A DNA stretch of 64,000 bases from a bacterium (GTDB taxonomy: Bacteria > AUK180): the NCBI GenBank assembly GCA_023144005.1, contig JAGLGN010000006.1, positions 1,841 to 65,840 of the forward strand, read 5' to 3'. Within the stretch, counting starts at the first letter, position 1. Each line of letters begins with the position of its first letter. The notes under the pieces are model-generated. The model ran no database searches. It had not been told where the DNA came from and saw nothing but the letters and a program-made list of their open reading frames with translations. Below, one piece after another: positions 46,399 to 57,199 of the stretch. The position numbers and the translations under genes were made by a program.

Positions 46399-48768
46399 TT
46401 AAAAACTAACCGTAATGCCGGCTTTAGCACGCTGGGGGGCGCTGTACAATGCCGCTGACCCGTCCGCATAGACTCCGGTAATATTTCTGGTATCGAAAAC
46501 ATTGGTAAGTTCTAAATATAATTTATACTTCATACCGAACCATTTGATACCGTCAAAGGCCTTCCACAAACTCATATCTACCCTCTTGTAATCGGGGAAT
46601 CTTGCATCGTTGACCAGGCCCTTTTTACTTCCATCAACTGAGGTATAGGGCATTCCGGTATGCCAATAACCGATAACCGAAGCGCCGAGACCGTTATTTC
46701 CTTCATAGCCGACCTGAAGTATAACATTATGAGTTACATCCCAATCAAGGGGATATTCCTTCGGCGGCAGAACATCTATGGAAATATAAGGATTTGAAGA
46801 TGTACCCTTTGCGTCGGAAAGGGTGTATGCAAGTCTCCAATAATAATTATTCGCAAATCCCTTGGTAAGCTGAACCTCGAGGCCCTGAGCATAGGAATGA
46901 TCGACATTCATGGGCATATCACGGTCGCTGCCGCTAAGACGGGAATTTCCCGCGACGAATTTGATAAGGTCACTTGTATTCTTATAATAGGTGACCATGT
47001 CCAATTTCAGCACATCCGAAAGAAGGTATGTGATACCATATTCAAATGCGACCGCGTTAGCAGCTTCCAAATACTGATTGTTCGACTGGTCTTTATATGA
47101 TTCATACTTCTCCTGAAGAACATACATTGCCGCCGGCGGCTGATAGAAGATGCCGTAAGTAAAGCGGAATTTGGTTCTGTCATTGATGGCGAATGAAAGG
47201 AACGCCCTTGGGGAGAACTGTGATCCGGCATATTGCCTTCTGTCATATCTGAGCCCAACATTCATTACAAGATCCTGATCCCAATCCATGAAATCAAGGA
47301 CGTAGAACGCCTGCTCATCCATGAACCTATGATAGGCATCCCTGTAAGCGGAATCCTCAATGGCGGGATATGTCTGGAAATTCTCCAGAAGGTCATAGTA
47401 ATTATACTGAAGACCGGCTTTTATCTGATGTATCTTGTTAAGCTGATTGACTATGTCTATTTTGAATGAGTATTGTGTCGAAGTTCTGTCCTCATACACG
47501 GGGTAATCTCTTGAATCGGGGTCATAGGACCACTCATATTCTTCCGGTTCTTTATCACCGACACCAACTACGATCTGGTTCTGAAATCTATATAAGAATA
47601 TCTGATAGAAGAGGTTCATGGAAATGGTGTGAGCCCATTCGAAGTTAACCTGATTGTTCATCTGCCATTGTGTGGGCTGATGCTCTACGGTAGGTGTGGC
47701 ATATGATCTTGAGACCAAGTAATCGATCGAGGCCCAGGAATACTGATACCCCAATTTGGCTTTCATCCTGGGTGATATCTTCATGGTCAATTTGGAAGAA
47801 GTATCGTTGAAATTCTGCCAATTATAGCGCACATAATCATAATCATAATCCTGGTCCGCCTGCAATGTTCCATTAAAATCGGGATTGGAGAGCCACTTCA
47901 GATCAGATGTAAAGCTCGATCCCGAGGTATAAAAGGTCAGTAATGGGCCGCGCTTTGTCTTTTTGAAGATCGGGATGGGGCCGCCCAATTCCCAGTTTAT
48001 ATCGACATCGCCCTGGTCCGCGGCCTTCCACACAAGATTGCCTGTCCAATAAGCGAATCTTCCCGAATACTTTTTTCCGCCTTCTTTGGTAACGACATTA
48101 ACGATACCCGAAAGAGCACCGCCGTACTCAGCGGAAAATCCACCGGTCTTCACGGAGATTTCTTTAATGGCCCAATTATTGATATTTCCACCGAAGGTCC
48201 CCGTTACAGGATCCTTGATCGTCATACCGTCAACCATATAGTTGACCTCATCGCTACGGCCGCCGCGAATATGAAGCTGTCCGCCTTCGCCGACAACGCC
48301 GGGGACGGTTTGAACTATTCTCTGGAAGCTGGAAATCGGTGTATCGGTGATCTCTGCCTCTGAAAGGACATGATCGGTACCGCCTTTATCCCTCTGTATC
48401 TTCACAACTCTCTTATCTTTAACGATAATGACCTCTGAAGTTGCCGCACCCCTTTCCAATCTGATCGGGGGTTCTGTTGATGTTGAATCCGATGTGATAA
48501 TAATATTTTCCCTGATAACCGGTTTGTATTTAACATGGGTTACCGCTATGGAATAAATATCGACGGCAAGGCCACTGAAGTAGTATTCTCCTCTCTCATC
48601 GGTAGCGGTTTCAAGCCCAATAGGTTCGATCACCACTTTAGCATCGACCACGGGATTTCCGGAACTGTCATCGACAACGATTCCTTTGACTGCTCCTGTA
48701 TTTCCTGCATAGGTAACCATACCAACAATAATAAATACCGTTAATATTAAAATCTTCCAGTGCTTCAT
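46399..48768 (-). CDS. TonB-dependent receptor with N-terminal carboxypeptidase-regulatory-like domain (SusC/RagA-style architecture)
   Basis: Signal peptide, CarboxypepD_reg-like GIVVDDSSGNPVVDAKVVI, plug region, and a long barrel ending ...AGITVSF. Confidence 0.75.
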   Translation of the reverse strand: MKHWKILILTVFIIVGMVTYAGNTGAVKGIVVDDSSGNPVVDAKVVIEPIGLETATDERGEYYFSGLAVDIYSIAVTHVKYKPVIRENIIITSDSTSTEPPIRLERGAATSEVIIVKDKRVVKIQRDKGGTDHVLSEAEITDTPISSFQRIVQTVPGVVGEGGQLHIRGGRSDEVNYMVDGMTIKDPVTGTFGGNINNWAIKEISVKTGGFSAEYGGALSGIVNVVTKEGGKKYSGRFAYWTGNLVWKAADQGDVDINWELGGPIPIFKKTKRGPLLTFYTSGSSFTSDLKWLSNPDFNGTLQADQDYDYDYVRYNWQNFNDTSSKLTMKISPRMKAKLGYQYSWASIDYLVSRSYATPTVEHQPTQWQMNNQVNFEWAHTISMNLFYQIFLYRFQNQIVVGVGDKEPEEYEWSYDPDSRDYPVYEDRTSTQYSFKIDIVNQLNKIHQIKAGLQYNYYDLLENFQTYPAIEDSAYRDAYHRFMDEQAFYVLDFMDWDQDLVMNVGLRYDRRQYAGSQFSPRAFLSFAINDRTKFRFTYGIFYQPPAAMYVLQEKYESYKDQSNNQYLEAANAVAFEYGITYLLSDVLKLDMVTYYKNTSDLIKFVAGNSRLSGSDRDMPMNVDHSYAQGLEVQLTKGFANNYYWRLAYTLSDAKGTSSNPYISIDVLPPKEYPLDWDVTHNVILQVGYEGNNGLGASVIGYWHTGMPYTSVDGSKKGLVNDARFPDYKRVDMSLWKAFDGIKWFGMKYKLYLELTNVFDTRNITGVYADGSAALYSAPQRAKAGITVSF

Positions 48769-49031
48769 TAAAGCCTCCTGTTTTGTGCATTATATCATTT
48801 TTAATTTTCTAAGTCAATAAAAAAAACCTCAAATTCGCGGCCGGTTCATTGCCGCTAACTCGTTACGCCTTGGTGTTATATCGGCAGTTTATCCTCTTAC
48901 TATTTTCCATTTTTGAGAGGTTCTCACAGGACTCTTCCTCTTATTCTACCTTACGGTACCGACAAGCCCGTTGATAATCATCACATTTGCTTTCATTTTT
49001 GTTATGTTTCCGATCTTCGGGAGGAATAGGC

Positions 49032-50699
49032 TCAAGTCCTTTTAAACATTTTTTCGAGATCTTTTGAGGATAATTTTATAAGCGTCGGACGGCCGTGAGG
49101 GCATTGATACGGGTTTTCACAAAGGCAGAGGTCCTTCAATATTTCAGAAATGAGATCAAAGGACAGATTGTCGCCTGCCTTGACGGCGGATTTACACGCA
49201 AGATCCTTTACCCAGTCCATGAATGAAAAGTTCTCCTCTTCCAATGACTCAAGCAATGTTCCGATGCCGTCAAGAGGGAATCTTAATGCCAGCCATGGAG
49301 GGACCGCGATTATCCGGTCACCGTCATCAGAGATATCAAATCCCGCATTCCTCAGAAATTTGATGTGATGGTCCGCCAGAACACGGTCAAGCTCGAAAGG
49401 GATCAGGAGTTCCTGTGACAATTTCACCGAACGCTTCATTTCTTTGCTGATCTTCTCAAAAAGGACACGCTCATCAGCGGCATGCTGATCCATCAGGTAT
49501 AATTCATCCTGCCCCTTGAAAATAAGGTAGGTGTCCTTTATTCTGCCGATAAAACTGACATGGGCACCGAATAATTCCAGTCGCTGATGCGTTATGTGAA
49601 CAGGTGTCTGGCCGTTAATTTCAGAAAGCGAACCACTGAAGTCCAAGGAAGATTGGACTGACCCGGGGGAAGTACTTGAAAAAGATGCAGTGCTCTCCGG
49701 TGTAAATACCTCAACTTCATCCTTCAATACAGAAGATACTCCGTAGAAGATCAGATCTCTTACCAGCGCGGCCGCAAGAAAGCGGACCTCTGTTTTTCTC
49801 GGATGTACATTTACATCCACATGAGATGCGGGTACGGTCAGATTTATTATACCTACCGGGAAAGTGCCTTTCATCATATAAGGTTCGTAAGCAGAAGTAA
49901 GGTAATAGATCAACTTCTGATCTCTTAACATCCGGCCGTTCATACTTACATAAAGCCGTTTCTTGTTCTTTCTGAATATTCTCGGTTTTGAAACAACTCC
50001 CGTGAGCGACATTCCCTGCTCTCCTTCATGCCTGATTTCCAGAAGGTCCTTTCCCGTAATATCCTTAAAGAGCAATGCGAGACGCTCGGCAAGAGAACTT
50101 GGAGGGAATGACCATTTCTCTACTCCCTCATTGAAAAATCTGAATCTGATCTCAGGATACATCAGCGCGAAACTGTAAAAATGATCCAGAATTTCCAGGT
50201 ATTCGCTTCTTGAGGATTTTAGGAATTTTTTTCTGCCGGGAACATTAAAAAAAAGTTCTTTCACGGAAATATTTGTTCCCGACGGGCCGCCTCTTTCGTG
50301 TTGATCAATGATATTTCCCCCATCCATCTCGATATAATTGCCGCTTTCCGAGGAAGGGGTTTTTGAAAAAATACCGATGCGTGAAACCGAGGCTATGCTG
50401 GGAAGGGCTTCGCCTCGAAATCCGAGAGTATGGATCGCATCGAGGTCTTCAAGGCTCTTTATCTTACTTGTGGCATAACGCGTAAATGCCGAATTCATAT
50501 CGTCAGGCACCATGCCTTCGCCATTATCCACAACACGGATAAGCCGGGTGCCGCCTTCTTCAATATGTATAGAAATACTGTCGGCACCGGCATCAATGCT
50601 GTTTTCCAGCAATTCCTTCAGAACAGAGGCGGGGCGTTCTACGACCTCACCCGCGGCGATCTTATTAATTAAAGCCGCTTCAAGTTTCTTTATCTTCAT
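49032..50699 (-). CDS. mutL: DNA mismatch repair protein MutL
   Basis: GHKL ATPase motifs (ELLENSIDAGA, DNGEGM); start chosen at MKIKKLEAALINKIAAGEVV, whose ATG overlaps the mlaD stop (ATGA). The longest ORF starts at 50873. Confidence 0.85.
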   Translation of the reverse strand: MKIKKLEAALINKIAAGEVVERPASVLKELLENSIDAGADSISIHIEEGGTRLIRVVDNGEGMVPDDMNSAFTRYATSKIKSLEDLDAIHTLGFRGEALPSIASVSRIGIFSKTPSSESGNYIEMDGGNIIDQHERGGPSGTNISVKELFFNVPGRKKFLKSSRSEYLEILDHFYSFALMYPEIRFRFFNEGVEKWSFPPSSLAERLALLFKDITGKDLLEIRHEGEQGMSLTGVVSKPRIFRKNKKRLYVSMNGRMLRDQKLIYYLTSAYEPYMMKGTFPVGIINLTVPASHVDVNVHPRKTEVRFLAAALVRDLIFYGVSSVLKDEVEVFTPESTASFSSTSPGSVQSSLDFSGSLSEINGQTPVHITHQRLELFGAHVSFIGRIKDTYLIFKGQDELYLMDQHAADERVLFEKISKEMKRSVKLSQELLIPFELDRVLADHHIKFLRNAGFDISDDGDRIIAVPPWLALRFPLDGIGTLLESLEEENFSFMDWVKDLACKSAVKAGDNLSFDLISEILKDLCLCENPYQCPHGRPTLIKLSSKDLEKMFKRT

Positions 50700-51970
50700 C
50701 ACATCGTAATGCCGAAGAGATACTTGAAATCCTCCTCTCTGAATCGTATTGAAAGGCCGAATTTCACGGCAGGAGAATGTATGAGGTCGTCGAAGGTCAG
50801 ATTGATCCCCGCCCATTTGATATACTGCCGGAAAGATATTCTGAGATTGAGGGCATTGAAACCCTGATCCCAATGGAAGGTCTCCAGCCGTAAACGGCTC
50901 CGTTCGGTGAAATTATACCCGAGTCCGATCGCGGGGGTTTCCTCGGTTATTCCCGCGGAAATAACAAATCTGTTCAATACTACATTCAGAGTGGCGTTGA
51001 GTTTCGCGTCACCGCTGCCTATTTTCGAAATTCCGAATGAGTAAAATCTGTTCTTAGCGGGATAAAATTCAAAATTAAGGTTACCGTCAAAGGCGGAAAG
51101 CGCACGATCCGACACAAGGTCGCCATACCACCAGAACTGCAGCTCCTTTCCTTTTGCCAAAGCGGTTTCCAATTCTTCAGATAAGGATGTAAGCCGCTTA
51201 TGAAGCTTGTCATCATTCAGTAGTTTACCGAGAGTGCCTTCTCCTTTGTTCAATTTTTCAATGGCGGGAAGCGTCTCATCCATTACCAGATTGAACTTCT
51301 TTCCCGCAATATTCAGATTATCTATGGCATCGTCAATATTGGGATTGTCCAGGAGTTTATTGAATTTGGAAAGCATTGATTTCGCGTTACTTATCATATC
51401 AACTATATCATCCGTTGATCCCTCAAGGGGCTTTACGAGCCGGTCGATTTGAGCAAAGGCTTTATCCATGCCCTTATTCAAACCATCCAGCGACTCATTT
51501 ATCAGCATAATGGTTTCTTCAAATTTGCCCAGTTTCAGAGAAAAATCGTTCAGATTGAAGATAAGATCTCCCATAGACACCGCGTCTCTTCCTGTAAGTA
51601 TGAGGCCTTTCGCGTTTTCCTCATGATAGCCCGCGGAGGGATCGCCGATGGTGATCTCCACATACGCCTCACCGATAATGCCGAGTGAATTTATATATAT
51701 CAACGCCTCTTTATTGATCCTTATTCCTCTTTGTATCTCCATAAGGACTCTGGGATGCGCGTCGTGTATATAGACCTTGGCGACCGAACCGATCTTTACG
51801 CCGGAAAGCCGGACAGGAGTTCCGGAATCCAGGCCGCCCACATATGAAAAGTCCACTAAAACCTTGTAATTTCGCTTCTTTATCTGATAATTGGATATGG
51901 TAATAATAAACCATGCCATTACGATAATCACGAATGTCGCGAACAATCCTATTTTTATCTCTTTTCCCAT
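50699..51970 (-). CDS. mlaD: MCE-domain protein MlaD with a long C-terminal extension
   Basis: N-terminal TM then the MCE fold ...VGGLDSGTPVRLSGVKIGSV... Confidence 0.7.
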   Translation of the reverse strand: MGKEIKIGLFATFVIIVMAWFIITISNYQIKKRNYKVLVDFSYVGGLDSGTPVRLSGVKIGSVAKVYIHDAHPRVLMEIQRGIRINKEALIYINSLGIIGEAYVEITIGDPSAGYHEENAKGLILTGRDAVSMGDLIFNLNDFSLKLGKFEETIMLINESLDGLNKGMDKAFAQIDRLVKPLEGSTDDIVDMISNAKSMLSKFNKLLDNPNIDDAIDNLNIAGKKFNLVMDETLPAIEKLNKGEGTLGKLLNDDKLHKRLTSLSEELETALAKGKELQFWWYGDLVSDRALSAFDGNLNFEFYPAKNRFYSFGISKIGSGDAKLNATLNVVLNRFVISAGITEETPAIGLGYNFTERSRLRLETFHWDQGFNALNLRISFRQYIKWAGINLTFDDLIHSPAVKFGLSIRFREEDFKYLFGITM

Positions 51971-52737
51971 TATACTGTTTCCTCCAGGAACACCTCGATC
52001 GGGCCTTTGGTGCTTCCTTCAATGAACTGCTTCAAATATTTATTCTTGCTGTTTTTAATATCTTCTGCTTCCTCCAATGCGACAAGCTTCCCTCTGTACA
52101 GAAGGCCCAGCCGGTCAGATATCTCCAGAGAGGTCTTGATGCTATGGCTGACTATTATTGAAGTTATTTTATTCTTTTTGTTCAAATCCCGGATCAGACG
52201 GATAATGACCGCTGCAGTAATGGGGTCCAAGCCAGTGATCGGCTCATCATAAAAGAGCAGGGCAGGGTTCAAAGCGATCGTCCGTGCAAGGGCCACCCTT
52301 TTCTGCATTCCTCCCGATAATTCAGAAGGATAAAGCTCCTCAATACCCTTCAAGCCAACTTCCATAAGGAGTTTATACACCCGCTCCACTTTCTCCTCAT
52401 GCGGAATATTTAAATGCTCAGTAAGCAGAAAGGAAACATTTTCAAAGACATTCAAAGAATCAAAAAGAGCGCCGTTCTGAAAGAGCATTCCCATTTCTTT
52501 GCGTATTTCTATCCAGGCCTGATCGGATGCATGCGTTATCTCTTCGCCTTGAAAAATGATGCGTCCTTTGTCCGGTTTCAACAGCCCGAGCACCAGTTTT
52601 AAAAACACCGATTTACCGGTGCCGCTCTGGCCCATCAGCGTGAATATCTCATTTTTCTCGAACGAGAGATTGATATCATCTATCACCTTGAATTTCTTAA
52701 AGGCCTTACTAAGGTTCTCTACTCTTAATATTTCCAT
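51970..52737 (-). CDS. mlaF: ABC transporter ATP-binding protein MlaF
   Basis: Walker A GQSGTGKS, signature LSGGMQKRVALAR, Walker B LLFYDEP. Confidence 0.8.
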   Translation of the reverse strand: MEILRVENLSKAFKKFKVIDDINLSFEKNEIFTLMGQSGTGKSVFLKLVLGLLKPDKGRIIFQGEEITHASDQAWIEIRKEMGMLFQNGALFDSLNVFENVSFLLTEHLNIPHEEKVERVYKLLMEVGLKGIEELYPSELSGGMQKRVALARTIALNPALLFYDEPITGLDPITAAVIIRLIRDLNKKNKITSIIVSHSIKTSLEISDRLGLLYRGKLVALEEAEDIKNSKNKYLKQFIEGSTKGPIEVFLEETV

Positions 52738-52738
52738 A

Positions 52739-53506
52739 TTACCATATTATCAGATTCAATACATAATCAGCCGCAAGAATAAGGATCATGGAAATAACTA
52801 CTGATTCCATTGTAGCCTTTCCAACGCCCTTGGAGCCGCCTTTAACATAAAAACCACGCCAGCAACCGATTATCGAGATTATCATCCCGAAAAAAATTCC
52901 CTTGCCGGCAGAGGCAAAGAAATCCTTTAATTCAATATACTTAAGGGTTTCGGCGATAAACGTCGCCTTGTTCAGATCAAGCAATGTGGTGCCGACTAAG
53001 TATCCGCCAAGAATTCCAACAAAATTAGCCATTACAACAATACCGAACATTGCAAGAGATGTAGCGATCAATCGGGGTACGGACAGATATTGAACCGGAT
53101 TTATCCCCATGATGGTAATAGCGTCAAGCTGATTTGTGACCTTCATTGTCCCTATCTCCGCCGTGATCGCGGCACCCACTCGGCCGGCCATAACCAAACC
53201 CGACAGGATCGGGGCAAGCTCCCTGATAAGTGTAAGACCCAGAGAGCGGGGACACAAAGGCTCCAGATCAAATTCCTTCAAAGAGAAATACAATTGCACG
53301 ATGAAGATCATACCGGTGAAGGCAGATGTGAGCAGGGCGACCGGCAAGGTCTGTATCCCTATTTTTTCCATCTGTTCGACCACTAATTGTCTTCGGAAAG
53401 GTTTCTTAAATAACCATTTGAAGGTATCTGCGGTGAATAATGTGATATTCCCTACCTGCTCAAAAAGATTGAAGAATCTTTCGTAAAATAACTTTAGTAT
53501 CCCCAT
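52739..53506 (-). CDS. mlaE: ABC transporter permease MlaE
   Basis: 255 aa, multi-TM, conserved MlaE N-terminal region. Confidence 0.75.
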   Translation of the reverse strand: MGILKLFYERFFNLFEQVGNITLFTADTFKWLFKKPFRRQLVVEQMEKIGIQTLPVALLTSAFTGMIFIVQLYFSLKEFDLEPLCPRSLGLTLIRELAPILSGLVMAGRVGAAITAEIGTMKVTNQLDAITIMGINPVQYLSVPRLIATSLAMFGIVVMANFVGILGGYLVGTTLLDLNKATFIAETLKYIELKDFFASAGKGIFFGMIISIIGCWRGFYVKGGSKGVGKATMESVVISMILILAADYVLNLIIW

Positions 53507-53509
53507 ATA

Positions 53510-54931
53510 TTACCAATTACTGTCGGTTTCTTCGAAAGTGAATCTGGATTTGAAAAAGATGAACGGCACGATGCCCGTTGCTCCATTACGATTCTTGGCA
53601 ATGGAAACATTTATCCTCGCTTCAGGATTTGAAAGATAATCAGTAAGCGCGGCCTCGCCGGGTTTTCCTGCTGTCTGATCCTCCGCGGGATAGAGGAACA
53701 TAACGACATCCGCATCCTGTTCAAGAGCCCCCGAATCCCTTAGATCGGAAAGTTTGGGAGATTTATCCTTTCTATCGTATTGCTCAATGCTTCTTGAAAG
53801 CTGCGATAAAACAAATAGCGAGACCTTCTCCTCTGAGGCCAGCTCCTTAAGGCTCCGTGAAATATCAGTTGTCTCCCTCAATTTAGTGTCCCTTACCGCT
53901 GATTTAATGAACTGCAAATAATCAATGAACACAACCTCGACACCCTTTTCCTTTACATATCTTCTGGTGATATTTTTCATATCATTTATATCCAGTTTGG
54001 AATCATCTATAATATTTATGCGATCGGCATAATTTCCGATGGTCTCTATCGCATGATTGATGACATCGGCGGTATCATCACCGTACCTGTCGTTAAGAGC
54101 AATAATATCTCCGGACATGGCAGGCATAAATGATATTTCCAATGTCATGGACAGGAATCTCGCGATGATCTGTTCGACCGGCTGCTCTAATGAAAAGAAA
54201 AGGATATTTTTCCCCTCCATCGCCATATTGCGCATAAGATTTAGCGCGAATGAGGTTTTTCCCACTGATGCACGGGCTCCCAGAATATTGTATGATCCCG
54301 GATACAGGCCGCCGCCTACCTTCTTGTCCAATTTTTGAAATCCTGAATGAACGATATTAGGTTTAAAAGAACCGCTTTCGATCTTTGAAACGATATCATT
54401 TTTAAAATCGATCAATTTATTTTGTAGATTATATTCCTCTTTCGTAGAGGAGATCGCCTGAGAGATCAAATTAAAATTACTGAAGAGATGGTCAATTACA
54501 GCTGTTAGTTTCTTCTCATGCAATGATTCTTCAATTATTTCCGAACATTCCTGAATAACCCTTCGAAAGAGGAATTTCTCCTTGATGATCTTGGCATATG
54601 TGTCCCAGGTACTCCCGAGAAATTGAGATTCCATGAACTCATAGATCTCTTCTTCGTTCAATTTACTCTCAAGGTCATTCTTTTTGAGCTCTTCCAGTAC
54701 ATTGATAGGATTCAGCTGCTTGCCTTCATTATGAAGGTCAATCATGCACTGATAAACGACCTTGTGTTTTTCCAAATAGAAAAAATCCGGGCTGTAAATA
54801 TGATTGATAATGTCCTTGAAAAGCTCGTTATTGATCAGGATCGAACTGAGAAGCGCCTGCTCGGCCTCTATGCTGCTGGGCACTTCTCTTGATAGTTTTA
54901 CATGACTCTTGATCTCTTTTTTCTTGGCCAT
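53510..54931 (-). CDS. dnaB: Replicative DNA helicase DnaB
   Basis: N-terminal domain ...EQALLSSILINNE...; Walker A GARASVGKTSFALN; 473 aa. Confidence 0.9.
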   Translation of the reverse strand: MAKKKEIKSHVKLSREVPSSIEAEQALLSSILINNELFKDIINHIYSPDFFYLEKHKVVYQCMIDLHNEGKQLNPINVLEELKKNDLESKLNEEEIYEFMESQFLGSTWDTYAKIIKEKFLFRRVIQECSEIIEESLHEKKLTAVIDHLFSNFNLISQAISSTKEEYNLQNKLIDFKNDIVSKIESGSFKPNIVHSGFQKLDKKVGGGLYPGSYNILGARASVGKTSFALNLMRNMAMEGKNILFFSLEQPVEQIIARFLSMTLEISFMPAMSGDIIALNDRYGDDTADVINHAIETIGNYADRINIIDDSKLDINDMKNITRRYVKEKGVEVVFIDYLQFIKSAVRDTKLRETTDISRSLKELASEEKVSLFVLSQLSRSIEQYDRKDKSPKLSDLRDSGALEQDADVVMFLYPAEDQTAGKPGEAALTDYLSNPEARINVSIAKNRNGATGIVPFIFFKSRFTFEETDSNW

Positions 54932-54940
54932 GGGCCCGGT

Positions 54941-55525
54941 TTATTCCTGCTCGGGAGAACCTTCTTCTAATCCTTCAACAGGAGTAGAAGGGGTTTCGGG
55001 CTGCTCAACAGCAGCTTCAGGCTCAACAGCAGCTTTAGGCTCAACCGTTTCCTCGGCTTTTGCTTCCTTGGGCTCGGGCTGATCTTCCGGATTCACAGAT
55101 ATCCTGATGGACACTTCAGTTCCGCCTTTTAATTTAATATTAACGGTGTGATCTCCGATAACCTTGATATGCTCCTCTAGAACGATCTGATCCTTATCCA
55201 GAGTAAATCCCTGCTCTGTAAGCTTTTCATGGATATCCTTCTCGGAGATCGAGCCGTAAAGCATGTTCTCATTATGTGTCTTTTCTACGAAGGATAATGA
55301 CACCTGAGAAAGAGCGGCGGAAACATTCTCAGCTTCCAGGATCTCTTTTTTTACTTGTTTATTGTATGCCGTCTTCTCCATATCCAACTTCTTGATATTT
55401 CCCTTGGAAAAGGGCAGAACAATTCCTCTGGGGATCAGGTAATTTCTTGCGTACCCGTCTTTGATGTTAATAATATCTCCCCGGTTCCCAAGATTGTCCT
55501 GGGCGATAGCAACTATTACTTTCAT
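54941..55525 (-). CDS. rplI: 50S ribosomal protein L9 with an acidic P/E/A-rich C-terminal extension
   Basis: [34 protein letters not shown]... then ...[32 protein letters not shown]... Confidence 0.85.
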   Translation of the reverse strand: MKVIVAIAQDNLGNRGDIINIKDGYARNYLIPRGIVLPFSKGNIKKLDMEKTAYNKQVKKEILEAENVSAALSQVSLSFVEKTHNENMLYGSISEKDIHEKLTEQGFTLDKDQIVLEEHIKVIGDHTVNIKLKGGTEVSIRISVNPEDQPEPKEAKAEETVEPKAAVEPEAAVEQPETPSTPVEGLEEGSPEQE

Positions 55526-55758
55526 TTCTTCATTCTCCTCAGATGGGCTGTCGAATCAAATGGCAAAAGGGCCATCTGTCTTGCTCTTTTTATTGCGACG
55601 GTAAGTTTTCTTTGATGAAAAGAACACGCGCCGGTTATCCTTCTGGGTAATATTCTTCCCTTTTCAGTAACAAAATTTCTAAGGTTGTCAACATCTTTGT
55701 AATCTATCTCTTTGACGCCCTTACTGCAAAATACACATCTTTTTCTTTTTTTCAGCAT
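55522..55758 (-). CDS. rpsR: 30S ribosomal protein S18
   Basis: ...[36 protein letters not shown]... Confidence 0.9.
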   Translation of the reverse strand: MLKKRKRCVFCSKGVKEIDYKDVDNLRNFVTEKGRILPRRITGACSFHQRKLTVAIKRARQMALLPFDSTAHLRRMKK

Positions 55759-55772
55759 CTTATTTCTCCCTG

Positions 55773-56255
55773 TTAATCATTGCTCCAGAGGTCACTCGTG
55801 TCCTCTTCGCCTTCTTTATTGACAATCTCATTTTCATAATCGTTCGTAGCCGCGGGCGCTGAGTGATTGTCCTCCTCAGTTTTGCCGGCGGGCTCCTGGG
55901 AATTACCGTCTCTTCCTTTGCTGGTAACGAATGTTATCTTTTCCGCGGTAACATCAAGATAGTTTATGGTCTTGCCTTCATCGGTGGCCCATTGACGCGA
56001 AGTCAATCTGCCTTCGACAAAAAGGTTCGCGCCCTTTTTAATATAATTAGACAGCTGATCCGCTAATTTATTCCATGCCGTTACCCGGACAAATACCGTA
56101 TCTTCCTTTTTCACCGTTGTGTCGCCGGTATGTGAATAATATGTCCTGTTCACCGCAAGGGTAAAATTGCACACCCTGTTATTCGTAACCTCTCTCACTT
56201 CCGGGTCGGCGGTAATATTTCCGCCGAGCATAACTCTGTTAAGATAGAATGCCAT
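55773..56255 (-). CDS. ssb: Single-stranded DNA-binding protein
   Basis: OB fold [26 protein letters not shown]... with a G/acidic-rich tail. Confidence 0.85.
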   Translation of the reverse strand: MAFYLNRVMLGGNITADPEVREVTNNRVCNFTLAVNRTYYSHTGDTTVKKEDTVFVRVTAWNKLADQLSNYIKKGANLFVEGRLTSRQWATDEGKTINYLDVTAEKITFVTSKGRDGNSQEPAGKTEEDNHSAPAATNDYENEIVNKEGEEDTSDLWSND

Positions 56256-56266
56256 GAATGGTTCTC

Positions 56267-56557
56267 CTATTCCTGTACGACAGGCATATATCTCAATACA
56301 TCCTCGTCATACTTAAGAGATTCGCTCAAAATCTTATTAAAGTCAGAAGGGACCTCGTAATTAAAAACGAAGTAGTATCCCGAACTGTTCTTCTTAATAG
56401 CATAAGCAAGGTTTCGCTTGAAGTATTTTGGTTCTTCTTTGATCTTGCCTTTATTCTCTGTTACCAGAGTATTTATCCTTTCAATAAATTTCTTGACCTC
56501 TTCTTCGGTCAATGTAGGTCTAAGGATGAACATTGTTTCATATTTCCTCAGTTCCAT
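56267..56557 (-). CDS. rpsF: 30S ribosomal protein S6
   Basis: MELRKYETMFILRPTLTEEE... Confidence 0.9.
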   Translation of the reverse strand: MELRKYETMFILRPTLTEEEVKKFIERINTLVTENKGKIKEEPKYFKRNLAYAIKKNSSGYYFVFNYEVPSDFNKILSESLKYDEDVLRYMPVVQE

Positions 56558-56566
56558 TAAAGCCTC

Positions 56567-57199
56567 CTAAACATTTGTATCAATTTCTTGACTCGTTTCA
56601 CTTTCCAATTTTCTATTAAAGATCGTCTGCGCAGTCGGAACCCCTTTAGCCGCAAGGGCATGGACTGCGGAAACGGCCTGCTTCAATCCCTTATCAAAGA
56701 TATCTTTCTCTTCTTCCGAGAACGGCTCCAAAACATAATCGGCAGGGTCACCGGTTGCGGATTTTGAGATCCCTATGCGTATTCTCGCAAAATCCGAACT
56801 GCCCAATTCAGAGGAAACGGACAGTATGCCCTTGTGCCCTCCGGCACCTCCCCCGAATTTCACCTTGATCTCGCCGAGAGGGATGTCCATATCATCGTGG
56901 CAGACTACTAATTCCGTTAATGGAATGCTCATCCTTTCCACGAGACATTTCACTGCTTTACCGCTCAGATTCATATAGGTCATGGGCTTGAAAAAACCTG
57001 AAAGCTTACCTGCGGAGCTGTAAAATTCACCGCGGCAGATCTTCTTTGATCTCTTTGCTTCGGTCAAAGCATAGTTCTCTCCAGCAAGGCGCACATTTGA
57101 TCTATTTACTCTGACCATTGAATCGACCAGCATAAATCCCGCATTATGGCGGGTTTTGCTGTATTCAGGACCGGGATTGCCCAAGCCTATAACCAACAC
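56567..57199 (-). CDS. pth: Peptidyl-tRNA hydrolase
   Basis: MLVIGLGNPGPEYSKTRHNAGFMLVD... Confidence 0.9.
   Translation of the reverse strand: MLVIGLGNPGPEYSKTRHNAGFMLVDSMVRVNRSNVRLAGENYALTEAKRSKKICRGEFYSSAGKLSGFFKPMTYMNLSGKAVKCLVERMSIPLTELVVCHDDMDIPLGEIKVKFGGGAGGHKGILSVSSELGSSDFARIRIGISKSATGDPADYVLEPFSEEEKDIFDKGLKQAVSAVHALAAKGVPTAQTIFNRKLESETSQEIDTNV

Noticed and set aside
48769-49030. Possible cobalamin riboswitch or intrinsic terminator upstream of the TonB-dependent receptor
   Set aside because: The region has a purine-rich 'agaggaagagtcctgtgagaacctct' segment and a GC hairpin plus T8, but no B12-box (GCCACTG-like) core. The T-run is 10 nt away from the hairpin, so neither a riboswitch nor a canonical terminator call is supportable by eye.
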